Assembly: GCA_965644315.1 (NCBI GenBank)
Contig: CBFFRQ010000054.1
Coordinates: forward strand, 186,001-250,000
DNA from: Caecitellus pseudoparvulus
Taxonomy: Eukaryota; Protista; Bigyra: Bicosoecida
DNA length: 64,000 nucleotides
Reading direction: 5' to 3'
Below the pieces are notes generated by a model. It was not told where the DNA came from. It saw nothing but the letters and a program-made list of their open reading frames with translations, and did no database searches. A program made the translations under genes and the position numbers. This document shows, one piece after another, positions 25,747 to 37,774 of this stretch; position 1 is the stretch's first letter; every line of letters begins with the position of its first letter.

Positions 25747-26946
25747 TCACGGTGCCGGGTGGGACAGGAAATGCCCCATGCCTGCCTCGTAATTCCGCAC
25801 ACTGTACCCGAGAGAAGTCAACACCAGCGTCGCCAGGGACTGTGAAAGAGGGGGGGAGGAGAGGGTGGCTCAACGCAATGCAGCGCGGGATGCAGCATCG
25901 CCCGCCGTCACGCACACTGCGCATGCCCGATTGGCACACGGTGATGATGGGTGGTGCGTTGCCAGGCGGCGCCAGGCCGGCCTCGCCCAGCAACGCCAAC
26001 ACCTCCTCTGCAGGGCGCAGCGTCGGCGCGCCGCCATCGCCCGGAGTCATGTCGCAGAATTCCGTGTGTGGCACACACAGCGCGCCCGGGATGTGCCCGC
26101 CCACGGGGTTACCGCGCAGGTCCACGCCTTCAAATTCCGCAGCACTCCGCACATCCAGCACCAGGCTGCCCTCTGGCGCGCCCCCCGCCAGACGGGCCCA
26201 GTCACTGGATGGCCAGTACAACTCGGTGGGCCCAGGCAGCGGCGCCGCCGCCTCACGCGTCGCGGCGAGGTCGCGAGCAACTTTCAGCGCCGCGGCGGGC
26301 GGTGGAGGGGGGGCCAACCCCTCCACACCCCTGTGCCCGCCTGGCAACACCCACACATCCCGCAGGCCATATGCCTTGAGCAGCCACCACAGGCGTGCTG
26401 AAGGCATGAGGCCGAAGGCGTCTGTCAGCACCACGGTACTGTCCAGTGTGATGCCCAGTGCGTCCATGAGGGGGCGCATCTCATCAGGGCCCAGCGCATC
26501 GTGGGCTGTGGTGTGCAAGGGGAGGGGGAGTGTGATGAGGATGTGTATGCCGAACCAGTGAGCCGTGCGTGACCAGACCACGCACGGGAAATGGCGGACT
26601 TGGTGTCGGGGAGCTCTTGCAAGGGCCAGGCGCTAGGCAGAGCCAGTGGCAGACCGGCGATGACTGAGAGGTCCAGTATCCGCACCTGTACCGGCCGCGG
26701 GCGGGGCAAGGGAGTGTTGGCGTGGTGCGGAAAATGACGTGGCCCGCAGCACGCTGCAGCTTCCCAGCGCACCTGTGTGCTGGTGTGCGTGTCCCGCGTC
26801 CCGCCGTTCATCAACTCATTGAAATCTGAAGCAGGTTTCAAGCTGCCCGTGCTGGGGTACCCCAGACCCAGCGCCAAAGAGCTGCAAGCCCTCGTGAGTG
26901 TTGTAGCGACATGCCGCCCTGCAGCAGCCCGGCAAGAAGACAGCAT
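25747..26946 (-). CDS. Tandem-domain rhodanese / sulfurtransferase
   Basis: Motifs: SARLWWLLKAYGLRDVWVLPGG, LVLDVRSAAEFEG..GGHIPGA, active-site loop CQSGMR, and last exon SLATLVLTSLGYSVRNYEAGM. Several short introns with approximate boundaries. The N-terminus resembles a transit peptide. Confidence 0.85.
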
Positions 26947-27168
26947 GCTGGAGCAGTGACAGCCGTCTCTCAAATACAAACACCCGAACGAACGTCATTT
27001 CATGGTGTCAGAGTGTGGAAATTGGCCCGTCCACTCAGCACGGGGTGCCCTGCACGCGCAGTGAAGGGGCAGCGAAGGGGAGAGCACGCACCAGCGTTTC
27101 ACGCGAAACACCGCGCAGCCAGTCCTCCCACTTGTGTGCCACGGACTGACGCACGCCAGCACCCCTTC

Positions 27169-28471
27169 ATGGCAGCGGCAGCCACTGCAGCCTCTGCTGC
27201 AGACCCCACCTCCTTCGTCATCGGCGAGGGCAAGTTCGTGAAGGACGAGTTCGCAGTGTACAGCAACGGGGTGGCACGGCATGGGAGGCAGAAAGTGTTT
27301 GCCGTGGACCCAGCTGACCTGCAGCGGGGCGCCATGATCGGCCGAGGCGTGTCCTCTGTCGTGCAGCTGGCGCTGCACAAGCCCACGCAGACTGTCCTGG
27401 CGCTGAAGGTGGGCTCTGCCCGTCGCCGCGACGCAGCTTCTGGCCAGGCCGCACACTGCCTCCCGTTCCCGGCGCATGCAGATCATGAACGTCTTTGACA
27501 AGTCCAAGCGGCATCAACTCATCCGGGAGTTGACTGCGCTGTACGACGCCGACTGCCATGCGTTGGTGCAGTTCTTCGGCGCCTTTTACAACGAGGTGCG
27601 TTGCAACGCAGGCAGCCAGCAGCTCACACCTCGCACCCAGCGCCAGAACGCCCGACTCCCCCCCCTGCGCCAGGGCGAAATCACGCTGTGCTTGGAGTAC
27701 ATGGATGGAGGCAGTCTGTCCCATGTGTTGACGCAGGTGGGACCCATGCCAGAGGACGCGATCGCCGCCATTGGCTACCAGGTGCTGTGGGGGCTGGCCT
27801 ACATGAAGCACGAGAAACGCCTGCACCGAGACCTGAAGCCCTCCAACCTCCTCCTCGCGTCAGACGGCAGGGTGAAGCTGAGTGACTTTGGCGTGTCAGC
27901 CGACCTGCGCTCCAGCATCGGCGTGGCCACGTCAGTCACAGGCACCTTTGCGTACCTCTCACCCGAACGCATCAAGCACGAAGCGTACTCTTTCCCTGCT
28001 GACATCTGGGCGTTTGGCCTGTGTCTGCTGGAGGCTGCTCACGGGGCATACCCCTACCCCCTCGCCAGCTCCAAGTCCTACATCGAGCTGGCAGACGCCA
28101 TTGTCAACGGGGACGTCCCCGCCGCCCCCCCTCACGCCTCGCCAGAGCTCGTGCAGCTGCTGGGCCTGTGTCTGCACAAGGAGCCTGAGCAGCGCATGCC
28201 GCCCGATGTGTTGCTGGGGTCGCCCTTCTTCACCAGCCACGGCATCAAGGACCTGGCCACCGCCACGGCCACCCTGCGGGCATGGGTGGCCCGAGTGCGC
28301 TCTGGAGGGGGGGCGGCGACGGACTTGTCCCCTGCACCGGAAGGGGCGGTCGCATCCCTGGCAGCTGCGACGAGTCCCCCGCAGGGCGCGTCGACTGAGG
28401 TCGTGGGGGGTGTCCCTGCTTCTGCCCCAGGGGGCGACGGGGAGGAGGATGACGTCACACTGGCCGGTTGA
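27169..28471 (+). CDS. MAP kinase kinase (STE7 family)
   Basis: Motifs: IGRGVSSVV, ALK, LEYMDGGSL, HRDLKPSNLLL, DFGVSADLRSSIGVATSVTGTFAYLSPERI. Introns are 27409-27481 and 27596-27673. Confidence 0.92.
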
Positions 28472-28498
28472 AGGGGGGTGGGGGGTGGGATGGTTTCA

Positions 28499-28557
28499 TA
28501 CTGGCCAGGCGGGTGTGGTTAGATGGGCGATAGTCTCCTACTGGCCAGGCGGGTGTG
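28499..28557. repeat. 19-bp direct repeat TACTGGCCAGGCGGGTGTG x2 with a 21-bp spacer
   Basis: Read directly at 28499-28517 and 28539-28557, just downstream of the MAPKK stop. Confidence 0.85.
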
Positions 28558-29282
28558 ATGGGGGGCTGTGACACGTCACACACAGTGCCAACACCACTGC
28601 GCCGTGAACGCCAGTGCCGCACCGCCCGCCCTGCCGCCCCCCCGCCTGCTCCTTTCAGAGGATGCACCTAGCAGATTGGGGATGCGGGAACTGACCCCCT
28701 CGTCGCCCAGTACAGGCGATTTCAAACCCTGTAGCGGGGCGCCAGCTCATGTTGTGGCGCCGCTTTTGAACCCGGCTCCAGCTCCCAGGCTTGCTCGGCG
28801 GCAGCCCTGCACTGCGGGGCACCGCTTTACGGTTGAAGTCAAGCAGAATCTTCCAATGTATTTATTTGCGTCATGATGCACCGCTTGCGATAACTCTTCG
28901 TTGGTTTAGATCCGCAGACATTATGCTCCCAGGAATTGATGGCATTGGAGTTCGGCATCTCGCGTCTCATGCTTTGCCTCACAGCCCATTCTACGTGACT
29001 AATATAATGTACATGAAAGCAGATTAAGCTTGCAATTCAGGCTTGCGACGCAGGTGCAGTGCTCACTTCCGTGAGGCTCAGCAAGGTATTTGTGTTGGCT
29101 TCCAATTTCCGCAGGCGAGGATACCCGATGCGCATTGCGACACACGAGACCATTCCATACCGCACTGCAAAACGTTGATGAGTTATCAAACATCGCCGAT
29201 GATTAAATTCACTTGCTTGGGTACTCTACTCGGTACTCTGTCTATTCAGGCGCTGTCTGGCTAGGGGCTGTGCGTTGTCCTT

Positions 29283-31853
29283 GTGCACTGGCTTTTCGAG
29301 GGCCACGACAACCCACAGCAAGAAGAGACAACCCAGGCCACGGAGAGTGCAATCAACGCCACAATGGATGCGGAGAGAAGCTGCGCATCGCCCCAGAGCA
29401 TGGGCCTCCCGGCCATGCAGTCAGCGTTTGCGGCACACGCTGCGGCTGTCGGCATCACGCCAACGCAGCTTGAGGGCTTCCTCACGCCTGAGACGCTGGC
29501 AATGCTGCCGTGCTTGCAGGAGACGCGGTCACTGCCTGCCATGTACAGCGACCTTGCAGTTGAGGCTGTTCGCACAGTGAGAGTCGTCGCTCATGCAGTG
29601 AGGGTTTCTGGCCGCACGTTTGCGCTCGAGGTTGATGACACTCTTGCTGCCACGGGTGCGGAGCACCTGAGCGCAGTGGTGGTCCACTGCCCTGGAGCGC
29701 TCGCCAAGCCAAGGGTGGTTCGAATCTTTGCAGCTGCTGAATTGCAGACTGCCACGCACATGGCTGGCATGCTCCTGCAGTGCTGTGTCGAGCTGGGCCT
29801 GCCAATCGGTCGCCTGAGCTGTGTTCTGGGCGACAACGCTGCACTCCTGGCGAAAGCAGTGCGTACGCTGCGAGGCATTGGACAGGCTGAGTGGCAGGCG
29901 CTGGCCTCACCTTGCGCCTTGCCGACCGCCAGTGACATGTGTGCCAGCCAGGGAGTCACGCTTGACCTGTGTTCGCGTTGTGCTGCGGAGTCAGACGACG
30001 CGGCACGTGACTCGGCGGATGGAACTCCCACCAGCACTGTGATCGACTCCGGTGCATCCTGTGCGGCACTCGCTGCTGCTACTGGTGTAGATGTGGGGGA
30101 CGAAGGCATGGAAACTATTGCGCGTCGACTCATGGGCCTCCCACCGACAGACTCGGACGCAGCGGAAGACTTGCAGACTGCAGACAGCATCAACGCTGCC
30201 TTGCTGGTGCGAGTTGATGCACCTGATCACTCGCTTGAGGCAGGCGGCAGCTTCAAGCGCGTGTCCGTGGCAGAGCTGCGGGGGGAGCTGAACCGGATGG
30301 CCGCCCCCAGGGCTGGCGAGCCGTGGAGCGGGCTTTCACCACTGCGCGACCTCAGGCACCACGTGCGTCTGGACCAGGCCTTGAACTTGGTGAACCAAGC
30401 AGTGCAGGAACCCTTCCGGAGCTTGCCTGCGATACTGTCAACGATGGCTGCGCTGGGGCCAGGCGGGATGAGAACCAGGCTGCAAGCTAGGCTCCAGGCG
30501 GGCGGAGCGTGGAGCAGGCGCTTTTCCTTTGACGAGGCCAAGTGGGGTTCGAGGGCAGTCGCCATGGAGGCCATCTTCGAAAAACGTGCCGCGATCCTGC
30601 GAGTGGCCAAGGAAGAGCTGTCGCGAGGAGATGAGAAGCTTGAGGGTTCTCAACTGGATGCTCTGCGTGCCGCAGCAAGTGTGCTCACCGACACCAGAGC
30701 GATGGTTGAGCTTGCAGTCGCGATGAGCGTTCTGAGGCTGGTCAACTCAGCGATCGTTGCGTTTACAGGACGTTGCCCCTCACCGGACGCTCTGGAGAGG
30801 TTGTCCAAATTGCCACTCGTGCTGCGAACCCTTTTCGGAACAAAGGAGCTGTCTGAGAAGCACGTGCGTGAAGTGTGGACTCAAGTCGTTCCGGCTGAAG
30901 CACAGTCTCAGCGTTCCTGCTCGGGTTTGGGGCTCTTCCTGGATGATCCAGCTCGAGCAAGCTTTGAAGGTAGCGGGACGTGTCGGCCCGAGTTCTCTGT
31001 GAGCGACGACACCAACTCTGCCGTGAAGGAGATTGCAGAGATGCTGTGTACCTCTGTGTCGTCAGCGATTGAAGAGCTAAACCAGCGCGCGTTGGCTATC
31101 ACGACGCAGCAAGCTGTTCAGGCTGCGCTTGATCCGACTGGGGACGCCAAGGCGGGGTTTGAGCTCGCCAAGGCATGCCTCCAAGCGCCTCAAACCTCAG
31201 AGACGCTGACCATCGTCGACGTTGCGAGGCATGCGGGACTGCTTCGCTCCGATGCAGGCGACCTAGCGCACACGAAGCTGCAGGCGGACTTCGCCTTGTT
31301 CCTGTCACGTCCAAGCCCAGAACGACGAGCCACGGGTCGTGAGTTTTCGAGAGAGTTCCCTGAGGATGCATGGAGAACGAATCAGATGAAGCACTACCCT
31401 GCCTTGCAACGCCTAGCCCAAGAAGCGTGGCTGGTACCTCAGGCGCCCAAGCCAGCGAACCACGATTCACCAACTGGCACAACGTTTTTCATAGACACCC
31501 GTCACATCAAATTAAGCGGCGAGTGCATCAACTCTCAGTTGATCCTGCGCGCCAACAGCGACCTTGTCGAAGCAGCACTAGGGTACACGCTGCGAGAATC
31601 CTCCGTCACGCCATCGCCCCCCAGCTGTCGTACAGTGCTGGGGAGGGGTGCGGAGTCGCAGCAGCGAGGGACCAAACGCCCTCGCTCTGTCGCCCTGGAT
31701 GACGCGCTGTTTCCTTCGCTGTTTGCATCCGTTGCAACTGATGACCCGTGGGCTGACAGCCCGGCCTATGCATCACCCGCGCTCTCTGACGAGAGTGCCC
31801 ATCACAGGCAGCGCCGATGCAGAGCCTATTCCTATGACACCGACGAAGAGTGA
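29283..31853 (+). CDS. hAT-transposase-derived protein, catalytically degenerate (first ATG at ~29364)
   Basis: Motif order matches hAT: FALEVDDT (D1), VLGDNAALLAKA (D2, TDNA-like), DQALNLV (in place of CxxHxLNL), AKWGS (TRWNS-like), ALDP, and W..YPALQRLAQEAWLVP..R..LS..I..QLILRAN (dimerisation-domain-like). The SERxFS glutamate is absent. No TIRs were found. Confidence 0.65.
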   Translation: MHWLFEGHDNPQQEETTQATESAINATMDAERSCASPQSMGLPAMQSAFAAHAAAVGITPTQLEGFLTPETLAMLPCLQETRSLPAMYSDLAVEAVRTVRVVAHAVRVSGRTFALEVDDTLAATGAEHLSAVVVHCPGALAKPRVVRIFAAAELQTATHMAGMLLQCCVELGLPIGRLSCVLGDNAALLAKAVRTLRGIGQAEWQALASPCALPTASDMCASQGVTLDLCSRCAAESDDAARDSADGTPTSTVIDSGASCAALAAATGVDVGDEGMETIARRLMGLPPTDSDAAEDLQTADSINAALLVRVDAPDHSLEAGGSFKRVSVAELRGELNRMAAPRAGEPWSGLSPLRDLRHHVRLDQALNLVNQAVQEPFRSLPAILSTMAALGPGGMRTRLQARLQAGGAWSRRFSFDEAKWGSRAVAMEAIFEKRAAILRVAKEELSRGDEKLEGSQLDALRAAASVLTDTRAMVELAVAMSVLRLVNSAIVAFTGRCPSPDALERLSKLPLVLRTLFGTKELSEKHVREVWTQVVPAEAQSQRSCSGLGLFLDDPARASFEGSGTCRPEFSVSDDTNSAVKEIAEMLCTSVSSAIEELNQRALAITTQQAVQAALDPTGDAKAGFELAKACLQAPQTSETLTIVDVARHAGLLRSDAGDLAHTKLQADFALFLSRPSPERRATGREFSREFPEDAWRTNQMKHYPALQRLAQEAWLVPQAPKPANHDSPTGTTFFIDTRHIKLSGECINSQLILRANSDLVEAALGYTLRESSVTPSPPSCRTVLGRGAESQQRGTKRPRSVALDDALFPSLFASVATDDPWADSPAYASPALSDESAHHRQRRCRAYSYDTDEE

Positions 31854-32320
31854 ACTTGCCCATGGTACCCTTTTTGCTTTAGACTTGGCAATGTGTATCG
31901 GCATCGTGCCTGGGCAGGCGTGCGAAGGCCAGGATTTACAATTACGGCTCTGTGGCACGCCAACGGAAGCAACACGCCGTCGCGGGACTTGACAGAAAGG
32001 TTAATCCTTCCCCGCTTTAGTGTAGACTGCTGGTATTGCGGGATGCAAGGCGGTCGGTGTTCCCGAGGGGTGCCTTTGGCCGAAAGTGAGAAGCAATACC
32101 ACCAGCACCGTGGACCCGAATGAACAAACGCTGCACAACTCACCCTGCCTCCAAAACCCAACACTGGTGGAGCAGCCGAGACAACCAGGGCATGCATCAA
32201 TTTCCATTGCTCCTGCGTTTGCGCCCACCTCGCGCGCTGCAGCTGCACCACTCGCTTCGGCTGTAGGCGCTGCCGTTAACGTGGATCGGCAAGCCTGACT
32301 CCGGGCACCTGGCAAGCACC

Positions 32321-35300
32321 ATGGAGTTCATCACGCCGGTGCACTTGGAGGACCTGGAACTGGACAAGCCTGGAAGACTCTCTGTGACGGATGTGCTGGA
32401 TGCTGCGGCCGTCGGGAACACAGACGGCATGCTGCCTTTGCTGGAGGGTGCGGAATTTGCGCAGCTCCCAGTATTTGCACAGTTGTGCACCCCGTCTGCG
32501 CTCCCTTTCCCGCTCATAGACGCAAGATTGGAGGTTCAGTCTGACTGCATGGTAATTTCGGAGGAACGCGTGTTCGACGCCGTGTATGGAGTGCTGCGGT
32601 GCGTGTCGTGCGCAGTTGCCGCAGCAGCATGCAACGCCATGAAACGCCACCAACGTTGTTGCTGCACAGGCACTGGGAAAGCGCCCACGCCACCGTGCAC
32701 CATGCAGCTGGCTGTGTCTTGTCAGAGGCGCTGACTGGCCTCCTGGCAATGCTGTCCGAAGACACGCTGGAAGTTGACTCTGCCCAGGCCAAGCTGGCGT
32801 TCAAGGCTGCTGTGTACCTCAGGGTAGAGTTCGCAGCTGCCGCACAACGGTCGTACACTGCCGAAGTGGCACGCGTAGCAGCCAAGAAGGGATCTTCCCG
32901 AGGGGTGCGTCATTGCCGGCACCCAAGCCTGTCCACAAACCCCGCCACACTGGCCGCACTCCCTTGCCGCCACAGAAACTCGTCGTGCCCAGCGCGAAAG
33001 CGGGCTTCGACTGGGCCGCGACCCGCATCAGCGTGTACACACAGCTGGTGCAGGCCAGTCTGGCCAACTTCAGCCATCTTTGGTCCGCGGGCGTCGTGGA
33101 GGAGGCGTGGGCAGGCCTCTTTCCCCGCGCTGCAGCGGCAGCCCTGGATGACGCCACGGCAACACGAGACAAGGCCTTGAGGCCGCTGCTGGCCCTGCTG
33201 CCATGCATCGCTGCCACACGTTGCCCCGCCGTGGCGTCCTCCGCCGCTGTCGGCATCATGACGCGGCTGCAGGTGCTGGAGCATGCCCCCAGTCACTTTG
33301 CAGCAGCGCTCGGCGAAGGCCTCGCTGGCGCACAGGCGGCAGATGTGGCAGAGGCCCTGCACTTGCCGCCAGAGGCAGCACATGCCTTGCGCCCGCTGGC
33401 ACCTCGCTTGGCCGACTTCCTGCGCGAACTGCTGGGCGAGCTGGGCCGCCTCGGGGACGGCGCGAGTGACTCGGCGTCCATGCGGAATTTGGGCGCCTTC
33501 CTCGCTGAGCTCGCGTCTGCTGCGCCGACGGCGCTGCTGCCGCACGTCAGCTCCCTGCACCGCCACTTGGACTCGCCGGCCTATGCGCTGCGAAACGCCG
33601 TCGTGACTGCACTCGCCACACTGCTGGCCGAGTGTTTCCACCCAGACGCAGGCAGTGCTGCTGGCGCAGGCGAACAGGGCGCCTCTGCGCCGCCCAGCGT
33701 GAGCGTGCGAGACACGCTGCTGGATATCCTCACCACGCGAGTCATGGACAAGCACGCCCTGGCTCGAGCCGCTGCCCTGCGCGCTTGGGCGAGCGTGGTG
33801 GCAGCAGGCGCCCTGCCCATGGCCCGCTGTGGCGATGTGGCGGCACTGGCGGCAGACCGCCTGCGGGACACCTCCTCCATCACGCGCCGAGCTGCCCTGG
33901 CCTTGCTGTGCGCGTGCATGGAGCACAACCCCTTTGCTGGGACACTTGTGCGGCGCCCTTTCCTGGCATTTGCTCGCGAGGCGGGGGCGTGGCTGGCCAC
34001 CCACACGACAGGTGACACGCGGCTGGGCGTGTTCAAGGTGCTGCAGGGTGTACTCGGTGCAGAGGAGGCACGCCAGGTGTGCCCCCCACCAACCCAGGAG
34101 CAGGCGGAGGCTGAGGCAGAGGCTGAGGCGGGGGAGGCCGCAGCCTCCAGCGAGCAAGACTCTGAGCACCCCGACACGGCCGCCCAGCTGCAGCGCCTGC
34201 AGTACGCGGCATGTGGCGGGCGGCTGCTGGATGCACTGGACGTGGCCATGCCAAGGGTGGCGGAGCTGCTGACGTCCGAGACGTCATCTGACGTCATCGC
34301 CGCTGTGCGGGCACTGTGTGTGGCGCGGGCCTTTGGCGTAGGCGGGAGTCACTCGGGCTTGCAGGCTGCGCTGAACCTGGTGTGGTCCAGCGAGCCAACG
34401 GTTGTGGCGGCAGTGACGGCCACCTTCGCACACCTGTACCTGACAGAGCCAGCTGAAGCAGCCAAGGCGAGGGGGGAGGAGGGTGGCCACGCCCTGGGCA
34501 GCCGGCGGTCGCAGGTGGTCGCAGACGACGAGGATGAGGGCGAGGACGAGGGCGAGGATGGGGGTGGCAAGGGCAAGGCGGGGGGGGGCTCCAGCCTCAA
34601 GCGCAAGGGGGGCGTGCTCGTGGGCGTGGATGGCTCCCCCCGCCTGCCCTGCCCGCCCGCCACAGCGGCTGCCAACCTCATCGCCCTGGCTGCTGGCGCG
34701 ACAGCTGCTGTGGCGGCATCCCTGGAGCAGCTGCTGCGGGTGCTGGCAGGGCGAGGGGAGGTGTCCACCGACGTCACTGACGCGCTGTGGGACTGTGTGG
34801 GGCGCGGCGCGGTGGCGCTTGGGGCGGGGGCTGGGCCCACTGACCCGCCCGTGGTGGGCGCACGCACCGCCATGTCCATCCTGCACATGCTCACGCCCGT
34901 CATGCCCGCCATCGTCAACTCCGAGACGGGGCTGACTCGACTGCGCTTCGTCCTGAAGCGTCCTCGGGATGGCGCAACCTTTGACTACCACCTGGCCCGC
35001 GAAGCCGCTGCCGCAGCGGCTGCAGGCATGTGCACCGTGCTGGGAGGGGCGCCGGGAACCCCTGCTGCCATCGCTGCCGCCGAGAGTGTCGATGTGGCAC
35101 GGGGGGCCGGTGCAGGGGGGCTGCTGGCCACCCAGGCCACCCGATCTGCGGCTGTGCAGAGTCTGCTGGGCAGTCTGGTGGCCCTGGTGGTGGGCGGGTG
35201 GGACGGCGGCATTGTGGATGACCCGGCCTGGTTCGGCGCCGCGGGGGCTGCCCTGGACGCGGTGTTCACGTTGTCCCCTCGCCCCGAGGCCGTGGTGGGT

Positions 35301-37127
35301 TCCCTCCTGCACACCATGCTCCTGACCGCCTTCCCGCCTGCGCCCACTGACGACGACGCAGAGGGGGAGGCCGCCCCGGCCACCGCCACTGCTGCAATCG
35401 GCCAAGATGCCCGCACGTGGTCCGGAGATGCCCTGGCCTCTGCGGCTGCGGAGGGCGCCGTCCCCACGCCGCTCCTGGCGCGCCTGCTCTTCGTGGGCGG
35501 CCACGCGGCGCTGAAGCTGCTCGTGCACGCCGAAACGCTTGGGCGGGCGGTGAAACGCATCCGGGGAGGCGTCAGCGACAAACTCGTGCGTGCATCTGTC
35601 GCTGCCAAGGCCAAGAAGCGGGGCAAGCGGCTCAGTCGGCGCCTGAGCCGCGGCAGTGTGGGCAGTGCCGCCAGCAGTCCCGGTGGCGGGGGGGGCGCTC
35701 TGCAGAAGGAGGATATTGAGGAGCAGCTGGGCGGCGGCGGCGTGACGGCTGACGCGGAGGAGGAGGCGGTCACCGCCCTGGCCGCCGTGGGCATCGTGCA
35801 GGATGCGCTGCTGGGGCTGTTTGGGCCCCTGCTGCAAGCTGTCGTGGCGGATGAGGGGGGGGCCTTCGGACCAGCCTCCACCGGCGGCGGGGATGACGAG
35901 GCGCCCCCGCCGCCACACACCCTCTCCCTGCACCGCGCTGCCATGTTGTCCCTGACCAAGTGCATGGCGGTGAGTCGGGTGTTCTGCGAAGAGCAGCTGC
36001 CCCTCCTCTTCACCGCTCTGGAGCGCTCCCCCGACGCCACCCTGCGCATCACCCTCGTCGTGGCGCTGGGCGACTTGACGGTGCGCTTCCCGAACCTGCT
36101 GGAGCCGTGGAACGCCCGTCTGTACAGGTGTCTGCGGGACCCACACGTGGGTGTCCGGCGCAACGCTCTGAACGTGCTGTCCCACCTCGTCCTCAATGAC
36201 ATGATCAAGGTGCGGGGGACGCTGGCGGAGATCGCCGCCCTCCTGGCCGACACGACGCCCGGCATCGCCGCCACGGCGCGGGTGTTTTTCCAGGACCTCT
36301 CCCGGCGCACCAACAACCCCGTGTACAACCTCCTGCCTGACACGCTGTCCTGCCTGTGGCAACACCCGGCGCTGGACCCGCCTGCCTTCCGTGCCATCAT
36401 GCGTTTCCTGCTCACCTGCGTCAACAAAGAGAAACACATCGACGGGCTGGTGGAGAAGTTCGCACACCGCTTCGCAGTGGGCGACGACACCGCCACGTGG
36501 CAGGCCAACGCCTTCTGCTTGGCGCAGCTAGCGCCCCGCCTGGGCGAGAAGGGTGTCCGGAAACTGGTGGAGGCCTTCCCCGTGTACAAGCGCTGCCTGG
36601 GCGACGCCGGCGTGGCGGAGGCCTTTGCCACCCTCGTCACGGCAGCCCAGAAGGTCGCCAGTGCAAAGGGCGGCGCCATGACGGCTGCTGTGGAGGAGTG
36701 GGCGACTGCCATCGACGGCGCCGCCGCCGGCGCCAGCTCCCAGCAAGACGTGCAGCGCCGTGCGGCTGCAGCCCTGCGCACGAAAACCGCCCGAGACGCA
36801 GCTGCCGCATCGGCGGAGCAGGCTGAGGAGGCAGTGGCCGCGGCGCTCGCTGCGCGAGAGGCGGCAGCAGCGGAGGCTGCCGCGACTGCCAAGCGGTCTC
36901 GGGCGAGCCAGGCCAGCGCACGGGCTGCTGCCGCACGGCGCAAGGCAGCTGCACAGGCGGCGGCGAGCGACAGCGACGCATCGGACAGTGACGGATCGGT
37001 GGGCTTCCTGGATGAGAACGCGGCACCGCCGAGTGAGGCTGCGAGTGGGCGGGGTGCCAAGGGCGGTGGGGCTGCGGCGAGGCGCAGGGGGGGCAGCGGC
37101 AAAGCCTTGCGGACACGGCAAGCTTGA
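32321..37127 (+). CDS. NCAPD2: Condensin complex subunit 1 (CAP-D2/Cnd1)
   Basis: Starts MEFITPVHLEDL, with HEAT repeats and the Cnd1 domain LGDLTVRFPNLLEPW..LSHLVLNDMIKVRG..NPVYNLLPD. There are 71-nt introns at 32599-32669 and 32905-32975. Confidence 0.95.
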
Positions 37128-37554
37128 AAGAAATGACAGTCATGCCAGGGTAGTGGATGTGGGACGCAGGCCGGCCAGGGTACGTGGCGGGAGATGCAGT
37201 CGTCGTGCAGGCCTTGTGGATGGGGTACAGTGCATGGTGGGATCGGCCGGTGTTGTGGTGCATGTGGCCACTGTGCAGTGTGAGGTCGCATGAGGCTCCA
37301 TGAAGGCATGAAGGGAAGGTGTTGCGCACATGCTGCTGGTACACGGCGGCAAGTGTGGAATGTGTAGCGAGGCTGGCGCAGAGACCTGTTCGATCGGTGT
37401 GGATTGTGCCATGCTGTGTTTGAGGTGCAGAGCGGGAAGCATGAAGGTCCTCAGGCCACACGGTGACCGCGTCATGTCTGGCGGTGCATTGGCGTTGTTG
37501 GTGAAGCTTCTGTAGTTGAGGGGCGTCAGGGGGAGGCCGGGTTAGCCTGCCATG

Positions 37555-37774
37555 AGAACGCTGTGCTTGAGCCTGTTTACCTCGAGGTGGGTGGGCCAGG
37601 CAGCAATGCAGCCAAAGCAGCTGGGACATTGTCGGGGTGCGTCAAAAGCAACGCCACCTCCTTCATCCTGCATGAGATACTAGAAAGAGGCTGCTTTCGT
37701 GATACTGTGCTGTGCCGTCTGTGCCGCTGTACAGGCGAGGGGGGATCAAGTGCGGAAAGTGGAGCCAACACGCC
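37555..37774 (+). promoter_or_regulatory. Conserved ~220-bp upstream block shared by all five ankyrin genes (candidate promoter/5' UTR)
   Basis: Homologous blocks lie at ~49285-49486, ~50600-50803, ~57375-57606 and ~59005-59229. They share variants of CCAGGCAGCAATGCA, GGGACATTGTC and TGCGTCAAAA, and an invariant CACGCC-ATGGCTGA start context. Confidence 0.55.

Noticed and set aside
28665-32035. Possible TIRs around the hAT-like gene (AGCAG..GCGGG similarity at ~28670 and ~32010-32033)
   Set aside because: The match is short and gapped, and no 8-bp TSD is visible.
22214-37309. Long antisense ORFs over COPA and NCAPD2 (e.g. 23810-25507, 34284-36467, 34985-37309)
   Set aside because: They are codon-bias shadows of well-identified sense genes.
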